Of a stretch of 64,000 bases of DNA, positions 53,291-63,366 are shown one piece after another. Position numbers and translations under genes: made by a program. The stretch spans positions 192,785 through 256,784 of the forward strand of contig MGTS01000021.1 in the NCBI GenBank assembly GCA_001799565.1. Reading direction: 5' to 3'. The notes beneath the pieces were generated by a model. The model did no database searches. It worked only from the letters and a program-made list of their open reading frames with translations, and had not been told where the DNA came from. The stretch comes from Elusimicrobia bacterium GWA2_51_34 (lineage in GTDB: Bacteria; Elusimicrobiota; Elusimicrobia; Elusimicrobiales; UBA9959). How positions within the stretch are numbered: the first letter of the stretch is position 1; every line of letters starts with the position of its first letter.

Positions 53291-54316
53291 ATGACTACTT
53301 CCGTTACTGAAAGCGAAATTAACCAGGAATCCGCGCGACTGATGGCGCTTGGGCTTCACAGTAAGTGCGTGGAAGGCCGCCGGGACCATATAGCGGCGCT
53401 TACGCTTAAAATAAACAGGCTTAAAAAAGAAAAAAACGCCGTGATCTGCGCGCATGTCTACCAGGTGCCGGAAATAATACTGGGAATAGGGGATTTTGTC
53501 GGCGACTCCTACAAGCTGGCTGACGATTCGCGCGGGACCGCGGCCGATATTATTGTTTTCTGCGGCGTGCGTTTTATGGCCGAGACGGCGGCCATTTTAA
53601 ACCCCTCAAAGAAAGTTTATATCCCGTCGCTTGACGCCGGTTGCTCGCTAAGTGAAAGCGTTAAAGCCGAAGATGTGCGCGCGCTTAAGGCCGCCCATCC
53701 CGGCGCGCCGGTGGTTACTTACATAAACACCTCCGCCGAAGTTAAGGCGGAGTCCGATTGCATTGTAACAAGCGCCAACGCCGAAAAGATACTGCGCCGC
53801 ATCTACGAAAAGAATAAAGAGGTTATTTTTATACCGGATAAGTTTATGGGCGCAAACCTGGCTAAAGTTCTGGCTAAAAAGCCGGGTGAAGATATGATCT
53901 TATGGAACGGCACCTGTGTGGTGCACGAACATTTTGACGCGCGCGTGATAGCGCTGTACCGTAAAAATTACCCCGGTTTGGCGGTGCTAGCGCACGCGGA
54001 GTGCCCCTCCGACATAATAAACGCCGTAGATTACATGGGTGGAACCGGAGACATGATGCGCTATGTGGAAAATACCAACGCCCCGGCTTATCTGCTGGTC
54101 ACCGAGTGCGGTTTCGGGGAGCTGGCGCGCATAAAATTCCCGGATAAAAATTTTATAGCCATGTGCCGGCTGTGCCCGTACATGAAGGCGGTCACGCTTG
54201 AGAATGTTCTTCAAACGCTTGAAAACCCCTCAAAGGAAAAGCTTGTAACAGTCCCCCCCGATACGGCTGACAAAGCCCGCGTAGCCATAGAAAAAATGTT
54301 CAAACTCGCCGCTTAA
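53291..54316 (+). CDS. nadA: Quinolinate synthase
   Basis: NadA similarity (ICAHVYQVPEI, FCGVRFMAETAA, YINTSAEVKA, HAECP). I chose the start at 53291, downstream of the palindrome. Confidence 0.9.
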   Translation: MTTSVTESEINQESARLMALGLHSKCVEGRRDHIAALTLKINRLKKEKNAVICAHVYQVPEIILGIGDFVGDSYKLADDSRGTAADIIVFCGVRFMAETAAILNPSKKVYIPSLDAGCSLSESVKAEDVRALKAAHPGAPVVTYINTSAEVKAESDCIVTSANAEKILRRIYEKNKEVIFIPDKFMGANLAKVLAKKPGEDMILWNGTCVVHEHFDARVIALYRKNYPGLAVLAHAECPSDIINAVDYMGGTGDMMRYVENTNAPAYLLVTECGFGELARIKFPDKNFIAMCRLCPYMKAVTLENVLQTLENPSKEKLVTVPPDTADKARVAIEKMFKLAA

Positions 54317-54325
54317 GAATAATAA

Positions 54326-55366
54326 ATGGTAAAACCGGATCTTAGGGATTATACCCGCTCTGAGCTTGCGGAAATAATAGGTTCGCTGGGCGGAAAAAAA
54401 ACCTGCGCGGCGCGGGTGTTTGACTGTTTGTACAGGAAAAACGCCGAAAGTTTTGACGCGATGTCCGGCATTTCTGAAAGTGTTAAAGGCAAACTTGCGG
54501 CAGGGTATTCGTTTGCCCAGTTTCCGGTAATTGGCAGGCAGGTTTCAAAGATTGACGGCACGATTAAACTACTTTTCGCCTTCCATGACGGCGCGACGGT
54601 TGAAAGCGTTGTGGTGCCGGGTAAAGGCAGAGTTTCCGCCTGCTTGTCTTCACAGGCGGGGTGCGCCTGCGGCTGCGTTTTTTGTGCCACAGGCGGGCTT
54701 GGGTTTAAGCGGGACCTCAAACCCTCCGAAATACTGGGCCAGTTCGCCGCCTGCCTGCGCGAAGCGGGCGGTGTTTTAAACAGCGTGGTGTTTATGGGAA
54801 TGGGTGAGCCTTTTTTAAACTGGGACAACGTTAAAAAAAGCATTATTATGCTTTCTGATAATAAAGGATATAATTTCCCCCAGTCAAAAATGACGGTGTC
54901 AACGGTAGGTATCGTGCCGGTGATAAAGGAGTTGGCGCAGTCCGACCTTAAGATCAAGCTGGCGGTATCCATAATAACCGCCGATGAGAAGCAGAGGGCC
55001 GAATTAGTGCCGATGGAAGCAAAATATCCCCTGGCGGAAGTTGTTGAAGCCGCGCGGTATTACTGTCTGGCCCGGAAGGCGCAGGTATTCTTTGAATATA
55101 TTATTTTTGACGGGGAAAACGATTCTCCCGCGGATGCGGAGAAGTTCATTCGGCTTATAAAGGGTATTGATTGCCGGGTAAACCTGATACCGCATAATCC
55201 GGTGTATGGCGCGATAAGCACCTTGCCCCAGTCCGTGCGAGTCAAACAATTCCAGAAACTGATGATAGCGGCCGGGGTAAGGACTTACCTGCGCCTGGAA
55301 AAAGGCGCGGATATAATGGCCGCCTGCGGGCAGCTTGCCGGTCAGGGCGCGGTTTCGGGCGCGTGA
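54326..55366 (+). CDS. rlmN: Radical-SAM 23S rRNA/tRNA adenine-C2 methyltransferase RlmN
   Basis: It has the radical-SAM motif in SQAGCACGCVFCATG, MGMGEP, and a C-terminal ACGQL. Confidence 0.9.
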   Translation: MVKPDLRDYTRSELAEIIGSLGGKKTCAARVFDCLYRKNAESFDAMSGISESVKGKLAAGYSFAQFPVIGRQVSKIDGTIKLLFAFHDGATVESVVVPGKGRVSACLSSQAGCACGCVFCATGGLGFKRDLKPSEILGQFAACLREAGGVLNSVVFMGMGEPFLNWDNVKKSIIMLSDNKGYNFPQSKMTVSTVGIVPVIKELAQSDLKIKLAVSIITADEKQRAELVPMEAKYPLAEVVEAARYYCLARKAQVFFEYIIFDGENDSPADAEKFIRLIKGIDCRVNLIPHNPVYGAISTLPQSVRVKQFQKLMIAAGVRTYLRLEKGADIMAACGQLAGQGAVSGA

Positions 55367-55382
55367 ACGCCGCAATAGCGGT

Positions 55383-56180
55383 TTAAGCTTTTGGTTTTGG
55401 AATGGCTAAATCTCCCACCAGCAACACAAGCCTTTCCGGAAGAAGTTTTGTTAATATCTGAAGAAATTTTATTTCCGGATTAATAATAATCAAATGTCTT
55501 TTCCCGCGGGCTTTCTTTAATATCCGTTGTGCCGCGGTATCCGCAGACAAGAGACTCTTTCTGCCGGACGCGGATTTTAACCACGCCGGGGAAGTTGATC
55601 GCTCATAAGCATACTGGGGAGTATCTATATCCGCCGGGCATGCGACATAAACGGAAATATTCTTGCATAAAAGTTCCCTGCGAAGCGATCCTGCGAAATT
55701 AACCACGCCCGCTTTTGCCGCGCAATATGTTGAATATGCCGCCCCGCCTATTATTCCGAACGCGGATGAAATCATAAGAATACGGGAGCCGGAAGCGAGA
55801 AGGGGCAAAAACATACGGGTTGAAATTACCGTCCCGATAAGATCTGTCTTTATGTCCTCCGTCAAAGCATTCATGTCGGTATAATCCGCAAGAAGCCCAA
55901 CATGTACGACTCCCGCGTTAAGTATCAAAAAATCAATATTTCCGCATAAATCCCTGACTTTTTGGGAAACGGTCTGCATATCAGCAGCAGAACTTACATC
56001 TCCCGGCAATCCTATAGCTTCAAACCCCTGCGCTTTAAGGTTCTCAACCGCTTTATTAACTCTGTCTCCGCTGCGCGAAATAATTACCGGGACATATCCC
56101 TGCGAGGCCAGTTCTTTTGATAAACTTAAACCCAGGCCCGATGAACCGCCCGTAATAACCGCATATTTTTTATTTTCCAT
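55383..56180 (-). CDS. Short-chain dehydrogenase/reductase
   Basis: TGGSSGLGLS glycine motif, NAG, and YCAAKAGV active site. Confidence 0.85.
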   Translation of the reverse strand: MENKKYAVITGGSSGLGLSLSKELASQGYVPVIISRSGDRVNKAVENLKAQGFEAIGLPGDVSSAADMQTVSQKVRDLCGNIDFLILNAGVVHVGLLADYTDMNALTEDIKTDLIGTVISTRMFLPLLASGSRILMISSAFGIIGGAAYSTYCAAKAGVVNFAGSLRRELLCKNISVYVACPADIDTPQYAYERSTSPAWLKSASGRKSLLSADTAAQRILKKARGKRHLIIINPEIKFLQILTKLLPERLVLLVGDLAIPKPKA

Positions 56181-56192
56181 GAGCGCAATGTT

Positions 56193-57317
56193 TCACTTTA
56201 AAAGTTTTGTATAACATCGTCTTCTTTTGTGCTGTTCATTTTCGTAATATTTCCATTGCCCCCTTACATTCATATTTGTTTCAAGCTCAGGACATGCGTA
56301 TACGGTTTTAACGCCATATTTTATACAAGCTGTTTGAGCTTCGCGCATTAAAATGGCATTGACCCCTTTGCCCTGAAGGTCCTGGCGGACTGTTATAAGG
56401 TATAAATCCACAAGGTCATTATGTTTAATTGCTCTTAAAAGACGGATAAAACCAAAAGGGAACAATTTACCTTTTGACTTCTGTAAGGCTTTTGATAACG
56501 ACGGCATGGTAATACCTATTGCGGCTAACTCATTATTACTATCCACCACTACCTGTATAAAATCAGGATTTACGAAAGAAAAATATTGCCTGATATAAGC
56601 TTGTATCTGTATATCAGTTAAAGGAACAAATCCGAACAAATTCTTATACCCGTCATTAAGCAGTTTAAATATTTTTTTTGCGTAAGGAAGCAGATCTTTT
56701 GATCTTTTAAGATGTACTACTTTAAGTTTCAAACGGCGTTCGGCAATATTCGCTATGCGGAGAATATCCGGCTGTACTTCGCCCGGGATTTTTATCCTGT
56801 ATTCAACCCAGTCAGTTTCTTTTACATAGCCGATACGTTCCAGATATCCCGGATAATATGGATAATTATATATGGTCGGTAAAGTTCCTGTTTCATTAAA
56901 ACCTTCCACCAGCATGCCTTCTTTATCAAAATCAGTAAAACCTAAAGGGCCCTGAATCCCTGTCATGCCCCGCTCTTTTGCCCAGGTCTCAACAGTATTA
57001 AACAATGCTTCCGCCACGCTGAAATCTTCTATAAAATCAACCCAGCCGAAACGCGCGTATTTATTTTTCCATAACTCTATATAACGGTCATTTATAATGC
57101 CCGCTATTCTCCCCACAATTTCTTTTCCCCTGAATGCAAGAAAATACCTGGCTTTGCAAAATTCAAAAGCGGGATTTTTTTTGGGGTCCAATGTGTTAAT
57201 TTCATCAAAATATAGGGACGGGACCCAATAAGGATTGTTTCTATAAAGAGTATCCGGGAATACTATAAATTGTTTTAACTGTTTTTTTGTTTTTACTTCT
57301 TCTATGTGAATATCCAC
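56193..57317 (-). CDS. GNAT-like N-acetyltransferase-fold protein
   Basis: About 374 aa with the acetyl-CoA motif VRQDLQGKGVNAILM. The GTG start at 57317 follows an AAGGTGA RBS. It is visibly AT-rich relative to its neighbours. Confidence 0.55.
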   Translation of the reverse strand: MDIHIEEVKTKKQLKQFIVFPDTLYRNNPYWVPSLYFDEINTLDPKKNPAFEFCKARYFLAFRGKEIVGRIAGIINDRYIELWKNKYARFGWVDFIEDFSVAEALFNTVETWAKERGMTGIQGPLGFTDFDKEGMLVEGFNETGTLPTIYNYPYYPGYLERIGYVKETDWVEYRIKIPGEVQPDILRIANIAERRLKLKVVHLKRSKDLLPYAKKIFKLLNDGYKNLFGFVPLTDIQIQAYIRQYFSFVNPDFIQVVVDSNNELAAIGITMPSLSKALQKSKGKLFPFGFIRLLRAIKHNDLVDLYLITVRQDLQGKGVNAILMREAQTACIKYGVKTVYACPELETNMNVRGQWKYYENEQHKRRRCYTKLLK

Positions 57318-57433
57318 AAATGTTTCACCTTGTATTCCAGCTCTGCGGGAAATATATGTCCTGCAGCGGGCTGCGCTCTCTATGATACAAAAACGGGGCA
57401 TTTTAATGAAATTTGCGGGGTGTGAAGCGCAAT

Positions 57434-58198
57434 TCAACGCGGTTTTTCACGGCGGAATTTTTTTTCAAATTTTGTTCCGGTTTCTACGCGTAAAACGGCG
57501 GCCGTGTCCCCGGTTACCGCGAAATGCACGTCGTGGTTCCACAGGAAAAATCCCAGGTCCATGCCGTCTTTCATCTGCGCCAGGTCCCGGGCGTTCCGCG
57601 GGTCATGCCGGAGCGTATCGGCCACCAGCTTTCCGAAATTTTTTCCGCCCGCCATTTCAATTACCGCGATGTCCTTGCGCGCCTGCGTTGAAAACACCAC
57701 TTTTAATTCAGGGAAAGCGTTGCGCGTCGTCCAGCCGGCGAGCGCGTGCGCCGCGCTGTCACCCGCGGGAAGGTATGGTTTAATGTCAAGAACCGGCGTG
57801 CCGTTTACAAGGTCCAACCCCGACAAATAAAGCGTATCATTCTCCATACGCTCAAGTTTCGCGAGCGATAGCCCGATGGGACTTGGGCGGTGGGGCGAGC
57901 GCGAGGCAAAAACCCCTATCTTGCCGCCTTTCAGGCGCGGGGGATGAATTTTCGGGTGAAAGGTTTTATTTGTGTTTAAATGGAACCAGGAGAGCAACCA
58001 CACATGGCTGAATTCGGCGAGTCCCGCAAGTGAGTGCGCGGGTGAGTATTGCGGATAAATGCGCAGCTTCGCCGAAGCTCCGGGCACCAGTTGCGGCTGG
58101 CGCGGAGTCCCGAATTTTTCCTGAAAACATGATTCCAGCACGCCGATTATTTTAAATCCCGTAATTTCAGGATGGGCTGCTTTTTGTTTTGAAAGCAT
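57434..58198 (-). CDS. trmO: tRNA (m6t6A37) methyltransferase TrmO/TsaA (YaeB family)
   Basis: GTPRQP, SHVWLLSWFH, RSPHRPSPIGLS, and GTPVLDIKPYLP motifs. Confidence 0.85.
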   Translation of the reverse strand: MLSKQKAAHPEITGFKIIGVLESCFQEKFGTPRQPQLVPGASAKLRIYPQYSPAHSLAGLAEFSHVWLLSWFHLNTNKTFHPKIHPPRLKGGKIGVFASRSPHRPSPIGLSLAKLERMENDTLYLSGLDLVNGTPVLDIKPYLPAGDSAAHALAGWTTRNAFPELKVVFSTQARKDIAVIEMAGGKNFGKLVADTLRHDPRNARDLAQMKDGMDLGFFLWNHDVHFAVTGDTAAVLRVETGTKFEKKFRREKPR

Positions 58199-58236
58199 TC
58201 TGACTTTTTCCTTTCTTTTTGATGCCCAAAAAGTTC

Positions 58237-58366
58237 CAAAAAGGTAGCAGGTACCTTCTTACGCCGTAACGCCGTCTTTTACGCCAAAACCCTTATTTCA
58301 CAAGCACTTTTTTCCGATTATTGCAGAGCTTTTATAAAAAGGTACCTGGTACCTTTTTATAAATAA
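58237..58366. repeat. Two copies of AAAAGGTASCWGGTACCTT, the second a perfect 11+1+11 palindrome AAAAAGGTACC-t-GGTACCTTTTT (58344-58366)
   Basis: The copies are aaaaaggtagcaggtacctt (58241-58260) and aaaaaggtacctggtaccttttt. They lie in the trmO / methyltransferase spacer. Confidence 0.7.
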
Positions 58367-58375
58367 GACGTTTAA

Positions 58376-59134
58376 TTACTTGCCTACTTTTGCCGCCAGC
58401 ACTATCAGGCGGTTCTTTTGCGCGGTGAGCGGGCGGCCTTTGAAATCTCCCCAGAATTTAAGGGGCTTAAAACCGGCTTTTTTAAGCGCCGCGCTCATGT
58501 TTTTTTTGTCGTAGAGGCGGGTATAAAAACTGCGGCTGGCCGGTTTCCTGCCGGGCTTTAGCACAGTCCAGGTGTTGAAAACCCCTTGCCGGTTTTTTTG
58601 TAAAGAGGCATGTTCAAGGTGAAATCCCCCTCCCGGCAGTTCTGTCCAGTTGCGGGGGTGGAAGTGTGTGCGCACAAAATCGCCGTGGATAACGTCTATC
58701 ATCAGCCTGCCTCCGGGTTTCAGCGCGCGGGCCAGGCCTTTCAAAACTTTTACATCGTCCGATAATTTCCGGAAATAGCCGAAACTGGTAAAAAGGTTAA
58801 CGGCGGCGTCGAATTCGCTTTTATATTTAAGAGCGCGCATATCGCCGCGCGTCAGACGGAGCGGTATTTTGTGTTTTTTGGCGCGGGCAGCGGCTTCTTT
58901 CAGATATTCTTTTGAAAAATCATAGCCGGTGACTTTCAGGCCTTTTTTCGCGAACTCCACTGCGTGCCGGCCCGGTCCGCAGCAGAGGTCAAGCAGCGCG
59001 GACCCTTTTTTTAGTTTCAACTGCCTTAAAACAAAACGCGCCTCATGTGGGGCGCGCTCCACTGCCGCCGGTGAGGCAGGGTTATAAAAAGAGTTTTTGA
59101 AAAATTTTTTATGCCAGTCGTTCTTCAATTTCAT
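58376..59134 (-). CDS. Class I SAM-dependent methyltransferase
   Basis: It has motif I LLDLCCGPGRH and a post-I acidic residue. Substrate unknown. Confidence 0.8.
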   Translation of the reverse strand: MKLKNDWHKKFFKNSFYNPASPAAVERAPHEARFVLRQLKLKKGSALLDLCCGPGRHAVEFAKKGLKVTGYDFSKEYLKEAAARAKKHKIPLRLTRGDMRALKYKSEFDAAVNLFTSFGYFRKLSDDVKVLKGLARALKPGGRLMIDVIHGDFVRTHFHPRNWTELPGGGFHLEHASLQKNRQGVFNTWTVLKPGRKPASRSFYTRLYDKKNMSAALKKAGFKPLKFWGDFKGRPLTAQKNRLIVLAAKVGK

Positions 59135-59135
59135 T

Positions 59136-59262
59136 AGTCAGTAATTGAGTGATTAAGTGATTCGTGATTTAGTTGCAAGAGATTCTGATTCTCTTTCCTG
59201 TTTTAATGAATTTTTCAATTGCTTAATCACTGAATTAATCGTCACTTAACTGATCTCTTACC
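59136..59262. repeat. Imperfect palindrome, word GTGATTAAGT/ACTTAATCAC
   Basis: Left arm is agtcagtaattgagtgattaagtgattcgtgatttagtt and right arm is caattgcttaatcactgaattaatcgtcacttaactga. The right arm encodes the last 9 codons of the next gene. Confidence 0.85.
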
Positions 59263-59723
59263 ATATTCTTATAAACACCAGGTTCCGAGTCTTCAATAAC
59301 CGACGCTCCCACGGTTTTTTTGAAGAAATCCACGGGCCCCGCCCAGCCTACTATGGCGTAGCCGTAACCCGCTTCGCGCATGGCTTCAAGTGTTCTTAAA
59401 AGCAGCCCCTTGCCAAGCCCCCCCGCGCGTTCCCCCTCCGCCACGCCTATTGGTCCGAAAAAGCCCCTGGCTGTGGAATCGTAGCAGGCAAAACCAAGCA
59501 TGCGGCCGTTCTTAACAGCGATAAAAATGCCGGGAGGGTTTTGCGAAAATGCCACTTCCGCCTCGCTTGCCCATGCCTTTGAGAAATTCGCCTGCACCCA
59601 GCCGGCCACCGCTATTTTTTCGGGGCCGATGGCCCGTTTTATCTCAACGCCTTTTTCTTTAAGCGCGGAGTAAAGCCCGCCGCTTTCCGGCAGGGTGTAA
59701 AGCTTTACCAGCAGGTCAGCCAT
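59235..59723 (-). CDS. GNAT family acetyltransferase
   Basis: 162 aa with the RAGGLGKGLLL acetyl-CoA motif. Confidence 0.75.
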   Translation of the reverse strand: MADLLVKLYTLPESGGLYSALKEKGVEIKRAIGPEKIAVAGWVQANFSKAWASEAEVAFSQNPPGIFIAVKNGRMLGFACYDSTARGFFGPIGVAEGERAGGLGKGLLLRTLEAMREAGYGYAIVGWAGPVDFFKKTVGASVIEDSEPGVYKNMVRDQLSDD

Positions 59724-60190
59724 TACTGGTCCTCCTCAACGGTATCTGTGGAGTTATTCTCCTGGAAATATGCGGGGTTATCTGCCGGCGGCTCCTGACT
59801 TAAGTCGGAGGCTGTTTGCGGGTTTTGAGAGGGCTGTCCGGCCTTTTTTTTAATATTCCCGGCCGCGGACTTTTTTCTTTTTTTTATTTTTTTTGAGGCG
59901 GCTTTGGTTTTTGGTTTGCCCTTTATTATGGGGTCTGCCTTCTTGTCAAATTTGTATGACGGCGGCGTACCCACGGACTTGAATTTATATTCGGAGGCCG
60001 GCTCCGGCGCCTTTTTTTTCTTTTTGGCCTTTTTTTTCTTCGCCGCCGCTTTTTTGGGCGCGGGCTTGGCTGGCGCGGACATTTTAAATCCTTCATCAGG
60101 CGGCGCCGCGGTTTCATCCTGCGCCAAAACGGGCCCGCAGACCGCCGTGAGGGCGAACGCAGTTAAAAAAAATTTTAATAGATTCTTCAT
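59723..60190 (-). CDS. Secreted lysine-rich low-complexity protein
   Basis: It has a signal peptide MKNLLKFFLTAFALTAVCGPVLA, then KPAPKKAAAKKKKAKKKKKAPEP and similar tracts. Confidence 0.6.
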   Translation of the reverse strand: MKNLLKFFLTAFALTAVCGPVLAQDETAAPPDEGFKMSAPAKPAPKKAAAKKKKAKKKKKAPEPASEYKFKSVGTPPSYKFDKKADPIIKGKPKTKAASKKIKKRKKSAAGNIKKKAGQPSQNPQTASDLSQEPPADNPAYFQENNSTDTVEEDQ

Positions 60191-61086
60191 GTGAGTATTA
60201 TACCCTCTTTCCCGGTTTTAGGAGCAAATTCCGCGGCTTTTACAACCGCCTCAAGCAGGCAGGCCAGCGTTACCGGGCCCACCCCGCCCGGAACGGGCGT
60301 GGCGGCGGCAACGGAGCCTTTTATATCCTCAAAATCCGTGTCTCCGCACATTTTCCCGTTCTCGTCAAAATTTGTGCCCACATCTATTATAACCGCGCCC
60401 TTTGAAAGCATTTCTTTTTTTATCCAGCGCGGTTTGCCCGCCGCGCTTATCACTATATCGCTTCTTTTAAAAACCCCGGGCAAGTCCGGCGTTTTTGTAT
60501 GGCAAAGCGTAACGGTGGCGTCAATCATTGTGAGCATCAGCGCGAGCGGCTTGCCCACCACCGCTGAGCGGCCCGCCAGCGCCACATTTTTCCCGCGCGG
60601 GTCTATGGCGTAATGCTTCAGCAGCCGTGTAACGGCTAAAGCCGTGCAGGGCGTGAAAAATCCGCCGGTTTCAATTTCGCTGTATTTTTTCGCGATTAAA
60701 AGCCGTCCGAGATTCAGGGAGGACATGCCGTCCACATCTTTTGACGCCGGCAGGCAGTCCCAGGTTTCCGGTATTTCAAAACCGTCCGGCAGGGGACGCT
60801 CTATCATTATGGCGTCGCAGCCCGCGTCGGAGCCAAGGGCGGCAAGCAGCCGCTTAAACCCGGCGTAACCCTCTTTTTCTTCCGGTTTGAGCAGTTTAAC
60901 CTTTATTCCCAGTTTCTCGCAGGCGGCTATTTTCATTTTCACGTAAACGGCCGAGGGGGAATTTTCAAAATAGTTTATTACCGCAAGCGCGGGAGAGCGC
61001 CCAAGCCTGGCGGTTACGGCGGCTATTCTGGGCGGCAGTGAGTTTAAAATGGAGTTTGAAAGGGTTTTTCCCTCAAGCAGCTGCAT
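60187..61086 (-). CDS. folD: Bifunctional methylenetetrahydrofolate dehydrogenase/cyclohydrolase
   Basis: 299 aa with YVKMKIAACEKLGI, GRSAVVGKP, and PGGVGPVT motifs. Confidence 0.93.
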   Translation of the reverse strand: MQLLEGKTLSNSILNSLPPRIAAVTARLGRSPALAVINYFENSPSAVYVKMKIAACEKLGIKVKLLKPEEKEGYAGFKRLLAALGSDAGCDAIMIERPLPDGFEIPETWDCLPASKDVDGMSSLNLGRLLIAKKYSEIETGGFFTPCTALAVTRLLKHYAIDPRGKNVALAGRSAVVGKPLALMLTMIDATVTLCHTKTPDLPGVFKRSDIVISAAGKPRWIKKEMLSKGAVIIDVGTNFDENGKMCGDTDFEDIKGSVAAATPVPGGVGPVTLACLLEAVVKAAEFAPKTGKEGIILT

Positions 61087-61214
61087 TGACTATATGTTAT
61101 AAAATTAAAGGCCGCATTCAAAAACATGCCGGTTTTTTTATTATACTATTGTTGAAATAAGCCGGATTTTGTCGTTTAAAGAGGCGATTTACGGAAAGAA
61201 TAATCGAACACCCC

Positions 61215-63287
61215 GTGCTTGAGCCGGAAGAAAAAAAGAAACTCCGTTTTACTTTTGAAGGAAGGGAACTGGAGGCCTTTGAAGATGAGGTTATTTCTTC
61301 CGCTTTGATCGCCGCGGGAATTAAGATTTTCAGCCATCATAAAAAAGACGGCAGCCCGCAGGGCATCTTTTGCGCGAACGGCCAATGCGCCCAATGCACC
61401 GTGGTCGCCGATGGTCTGCCGGTTAAGGCCTGCGTCACCAAAGTAAAGGAAGGTATGAAGGTTGCCGCGCTTAACGGCCTGCCGAAAATGCCGCGGACCG
61501 TATGCGTGCAGGAATTAGGGCGCGTTGAGGAAATTGAAACGGACGCGCTTATAGTGGGGGGAGGGCCCTCGGGGCTTGCCGCCGCGGCGGAGCTTGGAAA
61601 GCTTAACATCCCTACGCTTATAATAGACGACAAACACAAGCTTGGCGGCAAGCTTGTGCTGCAGACGCATAAATTTTTCGGGTCGGTGGAGGATTGTTTC
61701 GCCGGCACGAGAGGCATAGATATCGCCGACAAGCTTGAAGACCGGCTTAAGGCGTATCCTTCCGTTAAAGTGTGGACGAACGCCGTCTGCGCTGCCGTTT
61801 TTTCCGACAAGCGCGCGGGGGTGGTTTACAACGGGGTCTATTACCTTATAAAGCCCAGGGCTTTTATAAGCGCCACCGGCGCGAGGGAAAAAACTCTGGC
61901 TTTCGCCGGCAACACCCTGCCCGGAGTTTACGGCGCGGGGGCTTTTCAGACTTTAGTCAACCGCGACCTGGTGCGGCCCTCAAAAAATCTGTTTATAGCC
62001 GGCGGCGGCAATGTGGGGCTTATCGCCGCGTACCACGCGTTACAGGCCGGAATAAAAGTGGCCGGCCTTATAGAAGCCCTGGACCATTGCGGCGGCTACA
62101 AGGTGCATCTGGATAAAATAAAGCGCCTGGGCGTGCCGGTTTATACCCGTCACACCGTAGTCAGTGCCAATGGGAAAAACGGGGTGGAGTCCGTTACCAT
62201 GGCGCAGGTGGACGCTGATTTCAAGCCGGTTAAAGGCACAGAAAAAACCTTCGCGGCCGACACCCTGCTGGTGGCGGTGGGCTTAAATTCTGTGAGCGAA
62301 TTTCACGACCAGGCAACAGCTTTCGGTATGAACGCGTTCGTGTGCGGAGACGCCGAGGAAATAGCTGAGGCGTCGGCCGCGATGTTCAGCGGCAGGATAA
62401 CCGCGCACAAGGTGCTTAAAAGCCTTGGTGTGATGACGGGTCCCGTGCCGCAGTTCTGGTTTGAGCGCCTGCAAACCCTGAAATCGCGCCCGGGTATTAC
62501 TCAGGAACGCGCCGTAACGGACAAGGATAAGGCGGTTTATCCCGTGCTTCACTGCCGCCAGGAAATCCCCTGCGACCCGTGCGCTACGGTCTGCCCTAAA
62601 AAATCCATAAAAATACCGAAGAACGACATGATGGCCGTCCCAAAATTTGAGGGGGAGTGCATAGGGTGCTTTAAATGCCTGCTTATCTGCCCGGGGCTTG
62701 CCGTTACCATTGTTGACAAGCGTAAAGACCGGCAATTACCCACGGTAGCGCTTCCGTTTGAAATAGGCCGCGGCCTAGTAAAAAAAGGCGACTCTGTAAA
62801 ACTTACTGACTGCGAAGGCGCGGAGCTTGGGGACGCGCAGGTGGTGGACGTGAAGGATTTTAAGGCTGAGAATACTCTGATAGTAATAGCCAAAACAACG
62901 GCCGCCGCAGCCGATAAGGCTGCCGGGCTTAAGCTTTATAAGGCGCAGAATCCGCAAACAGCGGGCGGTGATTTTTCCAGCATGTCCGACGAGGTGATTA
63001 TCTGCCGCTGTGAACGGGTGAGCCTGGGCGAGATCCGCAAGGCTATCCGTTCCGGCATACGGGATTTAAACCAGCTTAAAGCCGTTACACGCGCCGGCAT
63101 GGGCGCCTGCGGGGCTAAAACCTGCGCTTCACTTATTGCTGGAATTTATAAAAGCGAGGGCGTGGACCTTAAAGAAGTTACGGCATTAAGCCAAAGGCCG
63201 CTTTTCGCGGAAGTGCCGCTCGGAACGTTCTCAAATATCAAGTGCCGTACAGAGGAAGAAGAAAAGGCCTCCTGGAGCGGGTTTTAG
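61215..63287 (+). CDS. Multi-cofactor flavoprotein oxidoreductase alpha-type subunit (N-terminal 2Fe-2S, FAD/NAD(P) fold, 2x4Fe-4S, BFD-like 2Fe-2S)
   Basis: It has CANGQCAQC, GGGPSGLAAA and GGGNVGL dinucleotide folds, CDPCATVCP...CIGCFKCLLICP, and CRCERV...CGAKTC. It resembles opine oxidase A, HcnA/B, and the alpha subunit of archaeal-type proline dehydrogenase. GTG start. Confidence 0.7.
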   Translation: MLEPEEKKKLRFTFEGRELEAFEDEVISSALIAAGIKIFSHHKKDGSPQGIFCANGQCAQCTVVADGLPVKACVTKVKEGMKVAALNGLPKMPRTVCVQELGRVEEIETDALIVGGGPSGLAAAAELGKLNIPTLIIDDKHKLGGKLVLQTHKFFGSVEDCFAGTRGIDIADKLEDRLKAYPSVKVWTNAVCAAVFSDKRAGVVYNGVYYLIKPRAFISATGAREKTLAFAGNTLPGVYGAGAFQTLVNRDLVRPSKNLFIAGGGNVGLIAAYHALQAGIKVAGLIEALDHCGGYKVHLDKIKRLGVPVYTRHTVVSANGKNGVESVTMAQVDADFKPVKGTEKTFAADTLLVAVGLNSVSEFHDQATAFGMNAFVCGDAEEIAEASAAMFSGRITAHKVLKSLGVMTGPVPQFWFERLQTLKSRPGITQERAVTDKDKAVYPVLHCRQEIPCDPCATVCPKKSIKIPKNDMMAVPKFEGECIGCFKCLLICPGLAVTIVDKRKDRQLPTVALPFEIGRGLVKKGDSVKLTDCEGAELGDAQVVDVKDFKAENTLIVIAKTTAAAADKAAGLKLYKAQNPQTAGGDFSSMSDEVIICRCERVSLGEIRKAIRSGIRDLNQLKAVTRAGMGACGAKTCASLIAGIYKSEGVDLKEVTALSQRPLFAEVPLGTFSNIKCRTEEEEKASWSGF

Positions 63288-63288
63288 G

Positions 63289-63350
63289 AAAGTAGGCAGT
63301 GCTCAGTGGACAGTATTATGCTGACCACCGATCACTAACCACTAACCACT
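63289..63350. repeat. Intergenic imperfect palindrome, word CAGTGG/CCACTG
   Basis: Left arm is gtaggcagtgctcagtggacagt and right arm is gctgaccaccgatcactaaccactaaccactg. Confidence 0.75.
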
Positions 63351-63366
63351 GAAAAATGGAGATTTT

